Origin: an uncultured Winogradskyella sp. | Lineage (GTDB): Bacteria > Bacteroidota > Bacteroidia > Flavobacteriales > Flavobacteriaceae | Reading direction: 5' to 3' | NCBI RefSeq assembly: GCF_947496485.1 | Contig: NZ_CANMCZ010000001.1 | Location: forward strand, 55,596-119,595 | Length of the DNA: 64,000 nt | Part shown: one piece after another, positions 56,986 through 64,000 of the stretch | Layout of the letters: every line of letters begins with the position of its first letter | How positions within the stretch are numbered: the first letter of the stretch is position 1 | The notes under the pieces: model-generated | Told to the model about the DNA's origin: nothing | Database searches by the model: none | The model's input: the letters and a program-made list of their open reading frames with translations, nothing else | Made by a program: the position numbers and the translations under genes

Positions 56986-57750
56986 TTATATTCCTAACGC
57001 TTGTCCACCACCTATTTGGATCGTTTCTGCCGTTATGAATGCCGCATCTTTGCTCGCTAAAAACGAAATAACACCAGCTACATCTTCAGGTTGACCTAAT
57101 CTTCCTAACATAATATTATTTGCCCATGACTTAAATACTTCTGGTTTTGTTGCCTTAATTTGAGCATGAAATGGTGTATCAATTGTACCAGGTGATACAG
57201 CATTAACTCTAATACCATATTCTGCCAAATCTTTTGCTAAGGCCCTAGTTATGGCGTGTACACCAGCTTTAGATGTTCCGTAGATACCAGCACCAGGTCC
57301 ACCAGCAGTCCATCCTGCATTAGATGTATAATTAATTATTGATGGGTGTTCTCCTTTTTTCAAATAAGGTATAGCAGCTCTTGATGCAAAGAATACTGAA
57401 TCTAGATTAAGCGCCATTACGAATCTGTAAAATTCTGTTGTCATTTCTTCGAACCTAGATCTTCCACCTAATCCACCAGCATTATTTACTAGTACATCAA
57501 TACGTCCGTATTTGTCACCTATCTTCTTAATGTTAGAAGTTACTTGTTCTTCATTTGTAACATCAAAACCGTAATATTCAGCTGATATACCATGTTCAGA
57601 AAGCTCTTTTACTCTATCAGCTCCTTTATCATCTTCTATACCGTTTAAGACTACTGTGTATCCATCTTGACCTAATCGTTTTGCAACTTCAAACCCTATA
57701 CCACCTGTAGCACCTGTAACTATAGCTACTTTTCTTTTGTTTTCACTCAT
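56986..57750 (-). CDS. SDR oxidoreductase, probable DEH (4-deoxy-L-erythro-5-hexoseulose uronate) reductase of alginate catabolism
   Basis: TGATGGIG, NNAGGL, YGTSKAG and PGTIDTPFH motifs; last gene after GntR-MFS, as in flavobacterial alginate PULs. Confidence 0.75.
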   Translation of the reverse strand: MSENKRKVAIVTGATGGIGFEVAKRLGQDGYTVVLNGIEDDKGADRVKELSEHGISAEYYGFDVTNEEQVTSNIKKIGDKYGRIDVLVNNAGGLGGRSRFEEMTTEFYRFVMALNLDSVFFASRAAIPYLKKGEHPSIINYTSNAGWTAGGPGAGIYGTSKAGVHAITRALAKDLAEYGIRVNAVSPGTIDTPFHAQIKATKPEVFKSWANNIMLGRLGQPEDVAGVISFLASKDAAFITAETIQIGGGQALGI

Positions 57751-57804
57751 TTGATTTAATTCTTAAAATTATTCTTGTTTTATCTTATTTGTAATCGAAT
57801 TTAA

Positions 57805-59121
57805 TTACCCTTTAGGTTTTAGCGGTTCAATTTTTGGACATAAAAACCAAACGGCTAAAAGTGCAATTATTGCTAAAACTCCGCCTATTATAAAAGCTGG
57901 TGTATAATTTCCGCCAGTTGTTATTAATGTAACTAACGCAGTAAGTCCTGCAGCACCTAGTTTTGCGGCCATTCCAGCAAAGCCTGACAATGTACCAACT
58001 ATTTTTCCGCTGAAGAGATCACTTGGTAAGGTTTGTATATTGCCGATTGCAACTTGAAATCCAAAAAGTAAAACTGCCATAATAATTACAGCATTAATAG
58101 CAGTCCCTGGTGCCTTTAAAAGGAAAAAGCATGGAATCATCAACGCAACACCTAAAGTAATCGTCATTTTTCGTGTTTTATCAACAGACCAACCCGCTTT
58201 TATTCTATTTTTAGCAAGTAAACCACCAAATATAGCACCAATCATTGCACCAACATAAGGTACCCACGCCGAGAATGCAATTTGCTTAACGTCCATACCA
58301 AAAACTTCTGATAAGTAGAGAGGAATCCAAACTATAAATAGCCACCAAATAGGATCTATTGCGGCAGAGGCTATAACAACTCCCCAACTCTCTTTGTGTT
58401 TAAATAATTCTCCTGTTGTTGGTGTATACCCTTCATCATAAGTTCCATCTTCATTAATATCTTGATTTCTCTGTCCGGAGAGTATATACTTTCTTTCATC
58501 AACTGTTAACCAAGGGTGCGTTTTTGGTGGACTCTTTACTACATAGAACCAAGGTATTAACCATAAAAAACCAAGAACAGCGACTACAATAAAGATCGCC
58601 TTCCAATCAAAATAATACGATAACAACCCAATTACGGGATATGCCACTATACCTCCAATAGCTGCTCCTGAATTAAATATTCCTTGTGCTAATGCTCTCT
58701 CTGTAGTTGGAAACCATTCTGCATTAGCTTTAGCAGCACCAGGCCAGTTACCAGCTTCAGCAATCCCTAATATTGACCTGAAGATTGAAAAACTTAACAG
58801 TCCTTGCGCAAATGCATGTAACATTGTTGCAATAGACCATACTCCAATAGATAATGCAAAACCGAGTCTGGTTCCTATCCAATCGAAAATTTTACCAAAA
58901 AGTGCTTGACCGCCAGCGTAAGACAATATAAATACTGTAGATATGGTACCATAAATGGCTTTATGTCCATCTTTATCCATATCGGGAAATAAATCATTAG
59001 CAATATCGGGCCACAAAGCTCCAAAAGCTTGTCTGTCTATGTAATTGATAATTGCAGCTAAAGCCACAAGACCTACTACCCACCAGCGCAAACCATTAAC
59101 TTTTTTACTTATTTCCTTCAT
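57805..59121 (-). CDS. MFS hexuronate transporter (ExuT-like)
   Basis: LRWWVVGLV...INYIDRQ, EAGNWPG, EWFP..ER and DPIWW motifs. Confidence 0.9.
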   Translation of the reverse strand: MKEISKKVNGLRWWVVGLVALAAIINYIDRQAFGALWPDIANDLFPDMDKDGHKAIYGTISTVFILSYAGGQALFGKIFDWIGTRLGFALSIGVWSIATMLHAFAQGLLSFSIFRSILGIAEAGNWPGAAKANAEWFPTTERALAQGIFNSGAAIGGIVAYPVIGLLSYYFDWKAIFIVVAVLGFLWLIPWFYVVKSPPKTHPWLTVDERKYILSGQRNQDINEDGTYDEGYTPTTGELFKHKESWGVVIASAAIDPIWWLFIVWIPLYLSEVFGMDVKQIAFSAWVPYVGAMIGAIFGGLLAKNRIKAGWSVDKTRKMTITLGVALMIPCFFLLKAPGTAINAVIIMAVLLFGFQVAIGNIQTLPSDLFSGKIVGTLSGFAGMAAKLGAAGLTALVTLITTGGNYTPAFIIGGVLAIIALLAVWFLCPKIEPLKPKG

Positions 59122-59131
59122 TTAAACTTAT

Positions 59132-59845
59132 TTAAGATGATTTTTTAATATTATAACAATACTGATATAACACACTAAAGTGTTCTTTCATTTTTTGTTT
59201 AGCCAATTTTGGATTTTGGCTTTCTATGGCATTGTATATTTCATTGTGCTCTTCAATACCTTTATGTGCAAGGTCATTATCGCAAACATGATATTTTTCG
59301 AAATTAGTAATGATCTCTGGAGTAATTATAAGCATAAAAGTATTCATTGTACTATTTCCACTAGCTTTTGCTATAGCCAAATGAAATAATAAATCTTCTT
59401 GGACTGCATCCTCACCAGCCAATACCTTTTTTGTATACGCGTCAAGGGCTTCTTTTATTATTTTTAAATCTTCATCGGTTCTTCTAAGCGATGCTAATCG
59501 AACTGTTTTAAGTTCTAACAAGATTCTAGTCTCAACCAAAGATTTAAAGTCAGGATCTTCTAGACTAAGAATATCGTCAATCATTCCATTCATAGCAATA
59601 ACTCCAATATTAGCTACAAAAGTTCCGCTTTGGGGAATAGAATCTAATAATCCATAAAATTCTAATTTTTGAATTGCCTGTCTGACATTGCTTCTGGTTA
59701 CACCAAATTTTTCGGATAACATTCTTTCTGAAGGCAATTTATCACCTGGTTCAAGGTTTTTATAGTTTATTAAATCTCTTATTTTTGAAATTATAGTATG
59801 CTGCGAATCTATGTCATCTATTTTTGCTAAAATCTCTAACTTCAT
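59132..59845 (-). CDS. GntR (FadR subfamily) transcriptional regulator, AusR-like position
   Basis: PGDKLPSERMLSEKFGVTRSNVRQAI HTH; FCD domain DLLFHLAIAKASGN. Confidence 0.92.
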   Translation of the reverse strand: MKLEILAKIDDIDSQHTIISKIRDLINYKNLEPGDKLPSERMLSEKFGVTRSNVRQAIQKLEFYGLLDSIPQSGTFVANIGVIAMNGMIDDILSLEDPDFKSLVETRILLELKTVRLASLRRTDEDLKIIKEALDAYTKKVLAGEDAVQEDLLFHLAIAKASGNSTMNTFMLIITPEIITNFEKYHVCDNDLAHKGIEEHNEIYNAIESQNPKLAKQKMKEHFSVLYQYCYNIKKSS

Positions 59846-60008
59846 ATCTTATCTTTTACAAATTATTTACCAAATTTAACACTATTAACTTATATAAATA
59901 ATGTCAAATATTAATAAAAGGAGAACTATCTATTAGTGCTTAAAGAATTCTACGTATACAACTAATCAACAGTAGAATTCAATAAGCGACTAACTCAAAT
60001 AAACTATT

Positions 60009-60992
60009 TTAATTTTCTACAGCTGTAATAATTACATAAGCAGATCGTATTTCTTCATTACCACTATTATAACCATAATTCCCTGAAGAATCCCCACCTA
60101 TACCTCGCATAAATAATACTACACTATCATTGGCCCCAGAATTGAAACTAAATACTACGTTATTATAGTCATCATTACCTGGATTATCCAAAACCTGAAT
60201 TTTAAGATTATTATCTGCGTTCTCAACTTGCGCAATAGATCTATATCCCCAATAACCAGTTGAAGAGTTTCCTTGTGGCATAACAGCTGTATCTGTATAA
60301 TATACAGGAGTATACCCAGCTTCGTAACCACTACCTGCTAATACTCTTATTTCAAGAGAACTTGGCATAGTACCATCAGTAGTGCTATGTCTTATTGAAG
60401 TTTCAACAAGATAATCAGCATTTGGTACAACTTCAAATTCTTGGTAAATATGATCTGGTTCATTATTATCAAACTTTACAACATCAAGACCGCTAGCTGT
60501 ACTTGACTCACCTTGTTCACCTAGATCTCTATTGATCCAACCTGAACATGCACAATCAGAACCTGACGATTTAGGTAACTTTACGAACTCACCATTTACA
60601 ATTACTGGGTCTGGAACTGCCGGAGCTTCTGGTTCTACGACCACAACCTCTTGAGTTGAAGTACTAGATACGCCCAAATTATCAGTAGCTGTTAGTGAAA
60701 CTGTATATGTACCTTCACCTGGAAACATATTGGTCGGCTCAAAGTCTGTAGAAGTATTACCATCCCCAAAATTCCAACTGTACATTGTAGCACTAGTTGA
60801 TCCATTGGTGAATTGATATAATGTCCACTCTTCAAATTCGAAGCCTTCACCTTGTATTGCTGAAAAACTCGCAACAGGCGGTGTTTCATCAGGTATTGAA
60901 TTTGCTTCTGGCAATTGGTATTTTTCTAAATCATCACAGGATACTGTGAAAATTAATAATACTGCAATCATTTTATAAATTATGTTTTTCAT
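60009..60992 (-). CDS. PKD-domain plus CBM-like surface lipoprotein (SusE/F-like position)
   Basis: Lipobox TVSC; PKD motif YSWNFGDG...GTYTVSLTATD; C-terminal domain shared with 24813-25736. Confidence 0.85.
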   Translation of the reverse strand: MKNIIYKMIAVLLIFTVSCDDLEKYQLPEANSIPDETPPVASFSAIQGEGFEFEEWTLYQFTNGSTSATMYSWNFGDGNTSTDFEPTNMFPGEGTYTVSLTATDNLGVSSTSTQEVVVVEPEAPAVPDPVIVNGEFVKLPKSSGSDCACSGWINRDLGEQGESSTASGLDVVKFDNNEPDHIYQEFEVVPNADYLVETSIRHSTTDGTMPSSLEIRVLAGSGYEAGYTPVYYTDTAVMPQGNSSTGYWGYRSIAQVENADNNLKIQVLDNPGNDDYNNVVFSFNSGANDSVVLFMRGIGGDSSGNYGYNSGNEEIRSAYVIITAVEN

Positions 60993-61028
60993 AATTTCTA
61001 TTTATTAAATTAATTTTTCTTTGAATTT

Positions 61029-62462
61029 TTAGTATCCTGGATTTTGATTTAAAAGTCCATTACTTAAACCTATTTCGCTTTGAGGAAATGGTAATAATAA
61101 ATCATTAGAACTAAAATTTGTTCCATTAGCCAAGGCAAATGCTCCTAATACTTCAATAGCTTTACCAAATCTTACTAAATCATACAATCTTTGATTTTCA
61201 AAAGCAAGCTCTATTCTTCTTTCTAATAATAATTCATCTTTGGTAATATTGGTAACTGCATCTGTTAAGCCAGCTCTATCTCTAACTGCTTGGAAAGAAC
61301 TTAATGCCGAAGCAGCATTTGTCTCTTGTCCACCAGCCATTATAGCTTCCACATGCATTAATAATACGTCTGAGTATCTAAGCACTATCCAGTCGTTACC
61401 AGCCAGTCTAGCATCAAATGTAAATGTTTTACCATCTGCTCCACCTGGATCACCGTCTGGCAAATATTTAGTTACCTGTGTTTGAGTTGGTTGTATTAAG
61501 TCTTCACGCATAGACACTCCAGTTCTTATATCTCCAGCACTTTCACTTTCTAGCATTACAGCTTTTGCATCATCTGTAACGTAATTTACACCCACTGTTC
61601 TGCCTACTCCGTTAAGCCATTCTGCAGAAAAATTTTGACTATCAGCAGCTTGTCCAGATTGATAACCTATTGCAAATATTACTTCGCTGTTATCTTCATT
61701 AAAAAATACATCTTCGTAATTAGGTTCTAACATATAACCGCTATTCATAACATCTTCTAAAAGGTTTTGTGCATCCAAATAGTTTTGCCCTCGTGTCAAA
61801 TAAACTTTAGCTAATAAGGCTTGCGCTGCTGCTTTTGAAGCTCTGTTTCTACCATTGCTATTATCTAAGTTTTCAACACCAGCTAAAAGATCGCTAACAA
61901 TTAGGTCATAAATATCAGCAGTTGGTCTTCTTGTATAAGATATGTCAGTATCATCTATACCAATAACTCTATCCACAAGAGGTAAATCTCCATATAACCT
62001 TACAAGGTTGAAGTAAACATAAGCACGAATAAATTTAGCCTCCGCTTCAAATTTAGGTCTGTTTTCATCAGACGCGACACCTAGATTAGCCAATACTGTA
62101 TTTGCTCTAAAAATAACATTAAAGAAACTTCTGTAATGATCTGCTACCAAACCGTTTGTTGGCTGTACATTAAAATCATCAAACTGTGCTGCTTCACCTT
62201 CTCCACTTTTAGATCTTGTATTATCACTACGCATCTCAGTAACGTAGAATTCTATCTGTGTTGCATGGTTTGAGTTAGAACTAGTATCATTAGCCCCTTG
62301 TAAACCATCATACATATTAGCGATTGCAGCAAGAAGTTGATCCTCATTGGTAAAGAAATCTGCACTACTTACTACCGATGTTGGTGCTGGTTCTAAAAAA
62401 TCTTCACATGTAAAAAAGATTGTGAATAAGAAAAGAAATTTTATATACTTTATATTTTTCAT
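61029..62462 (-). CDS. susD: SusD/RagB family lipoprotein (alginate-type PUL)
   Basis: AKFIRAYVYFNLVRLYGDLP, LRYSDVLLM, ERRIELAFENQRLYDLVR motifs. Confidence 0.95.
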   Translation of the reverse strand: MKNIKYIKFLFLFTIFFTCEDFLEPAPTSVVSSADFFTNEDQLLAAIANMYDGLQGANDTSSNSNHATQIEFYVTEMRSDNTRSKSGEGEAAQFDDFNVQPTNGLVADHYRSFFNVIFRANTVLANLGVASDENRPKFEAEAKFIRAYVYFNLVRLYGDLPLVDRVIGIDDTDISYTRRPTADIYDLIVSDLLAGVENLDNSNGRNRASKAAAQALLAKVYLTRGQNYLDAQNLLEDVMNSGYMLEPNYEDVFFNEDNSEVIFAIGYQSGQAADSQNFSAEWLNGVGRTVGVNYVTDDAKAVMLESESAGDIRTGVSMREDLIQPTQTQVTKYLPDGDPGGADGKTFTFDARLAGNDWIVLRYSDVLLMHVEAIMAGGQETNAASALSSFQAVRDRAGLTDAVTNITKDELLLERRIELAFENQRLYDLVRFGKAIEVLGAFALANGTNFSSNDLLLPFPQSEIGLSNGLLNQNPGY

Positions 62463-62480
62463 AATTCCTGTTTTTTCTTG

Positions 62481-64000
62481 TTAAAAATTAACGTTAAGTC
62501 CTAACGATATAGTTTGATTAATCGGTGATCCTACACGCTGATATCCATAATTTATAGGACTTGTATCATTAATAGATTCTGGATTTAAACCTGTATAGTC
62601 ATCTGCCCAAATGTAGATTAAATTCTGTCCTGTAACATAAACTCTCGCGTTTGTTATAAATAAATCTGAAAGCAGACTTTCTGGGAAATTAAATCCTAAA
62701 CTTACTGTACGCAATGATATATAAGAAGCATCTTTTATGATGTCGTCTGTAAATATTTTTTCTTTAATGAACCCAGTATTTCCAATTAATCCATCAGCTA
62801 CTGCAGCATCTCCATCTGCAACAGAAGAAGAACCGAAGTGACGGAATATATATTGATCGCCAATATTTCTAATTTCTGCTCCATGACTTCCTTGAAATAA
62901 GAAGCTCATATCAAAATTACCAATTTTAAACTCATTAGTGATACTCCAAACTAAATCTGGATATGGATTACCAAGGATAGTTTTATCGTCATCATCAATG
63001 ACACCATCTCCATTGAGATCTTTTACGAAAACCTCTCTGTTGGTTTGTCCAATACGTTCCCAAGGTCTGGCAATGTATTCTGCAGGTATATCTCTATCTA
63101 CGACCCATCCATAAAAAGACGAAATCGGATTACCAACCAAATTGATCCATTCTGCAGCACGTTTTGTATCTACATTTGTTATTAAACCATTTGACTCAGC
63201 AAAATCTAGTAACTCATTTTCATTTCTCGCAGCTATAAATGTAGTGTTCCACTGAAAGTTAGGTTTTGCTATATTTTTTGTTCTTAGTTCAAATTCCCAT
63301 CCCCTGTTTTCTACTTTACCTCTATTTGCCAAAGCATTTGGAAAACCAGTTGTAACTGAAACAGGAACATCTAATAGTAAATCTTCACTTGTACGTCTAT
63401 AATAATCTACAGATCCTGAAATTCTGTTATTAAATAACCCAAAATCAATAGCTGGATTAAACTCTACTGATTTCTCCCAACCTAATTCACTATTAGCAAT
63501 ATTCAAAGGATTAAAACCATTGACAATAGAATTGTTAAAAACTGCTGAAGATGCACCAATTAAAGATAAATAAGGGTAACTGTTAATTTGGTTTCTAAAA
63601 TCACCTGAACCGATATCGAAATCATTATTACCAGTAACACCATAACTAAACCTCAACTTAAGAAAGTTTAAGACTTTGCTATCATCCAGAAACTCTTCAT
63701 TTGTCATTATCCAACCTGCAGATGCTGCCGGGAAAAACCCCCATTTAGAATCTTTACCAAAGGCTGAATACCCATCTCGTCTTGCGCTTAGAGATAATAA
63801 ATATTTATCATCATAAGCATAGTTAACACGTCCAAAATAAGATAATAATCTTTCTTTATACTCTTCTGAAGTTGCCTCAGAAATCGTATTCGCAGCACTT
63901 AAAGTTTGAACCAAATCAGAGGTATAACCTATACCAGTCGCTGCTTCTACTTCGTAATCCCACTTTTCTGCTGAAAAACCTGCAACAACATTTAAATCAT
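62481..64000 (-). CDS. susC: SusC-like TonB-dependent transporter, C-terminal part (starts beyond the right edge)
   Basis: YFGRVNYAYDDKYLL, LGWEKS, GNPYPD and C-terminal LGLNVNF; the ORF-track start at 63914 appears to be internal. Confidence 0.93.
   Translation of the reverse strand, partial: DLNVVAGFSAEKWDYEVEAATGIGYTSDLVQTLSAANTISEATSEEYKERLLSYFGRVNYAYDDKYLLSLSARRDGYSAFGKDSKWGFFPAASAGWIMTNEEFLDDSKVLNFLKLRFSYGVTGNNDFDIGSGDFRNQINSYPYLSLIGASSAVFNNSIVNGFNPLNIANSELGWEKSVEFNPAIDFGLFNNRISGSVDYYRRTSEDLLLDVPVSVTTGFPNALANRGKVENRGWEFELRTKNIAKPNFQWNTTFIAARNENELLDFAESNGLITNVDTKRAAEWINLVGNPISSFYGWVVDRDIPAEYIARPWERIGQTNREVFVKDLNGDGVIDDDDKTILGNPYPDLVWSITNEFKIGNFDMSFLFQGSHGAEIRNIGDQYIFRHFGSSSVADGDAAVADGLIGNTGFIKEKIFTDDIIKDASYISLRTVSLGFNFPESLLSDLFITNARVYVTGQNLIYIWADDYTGLNPESINDTSPINYGYQRVGSPINQTISLGLNVNF

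Noticed and set aside
59862-59876. GntR autoregulatory site upstream of gntR
   Set aside because: Only a half site (TTTACCAAAT) is present; insufficient support.
1-64000. CRISPR array, transposases, prophage or defence systems
   Set aside because: No regularly spaced repeats and no ORF with recognisable Cas, transposase, integrase, phage or nuclease motifs.

Overview
AT-rich chromosomal window from a marine-type Flavobacteriaceae bacterium (Bacteroidota; TAnnTTTG promoters, tmRNA tag GENNYALAA, SusC/SusD pairs, T9SS-type C-terminal domains). (1) 1-7.0 kb, minus strand: a cell-surface-modification operon made of a tiny single-TM 'YFDPG' peptide, three paralogous membrane-anchored LtaS/sulfatase-fold proteins, a kinase-like + SAM-methyltransferase fusion resembling rhizobial NoeA, and a FemAB/GNAT-like gene running off the left edge. 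(2) 7-22 kb: housekeeping genes (typA, kdsA, a saccharopine dehydrogenase-like gene, tmRNA) plus a winged-helix-regulated membrane-protein cluster carrying two copies of a TACTTTG-N5-CAAAGTA operator and a nonsense-interrupted lipoprotein. (3) 22-64 kb: a large uronic-acid polysaccharide super-locus: PL6 alginate lyase; an HTCS-SusC-SusD-GH88-GH2-PL38-like PUL; uxuBA, kduID, uxaC, kdgK/eda and a TRAP transporter; and the distal end of a classical alginate PUL (SusC, SusD, PKD/CBM lipoprotein, GntR, MFS, SDR). Three tandem TGGTWWACCA operators and two LacI-type palindromes show the regulatory wiring. No CRISPR array, integrase or transposase was seen. Best leads: the peptide/kinase-methyltransferase/phosphotransferase-like module, and a candidate beta-glucuronan utilisation locus. 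All family assignments come from motif recognition, not database searches.
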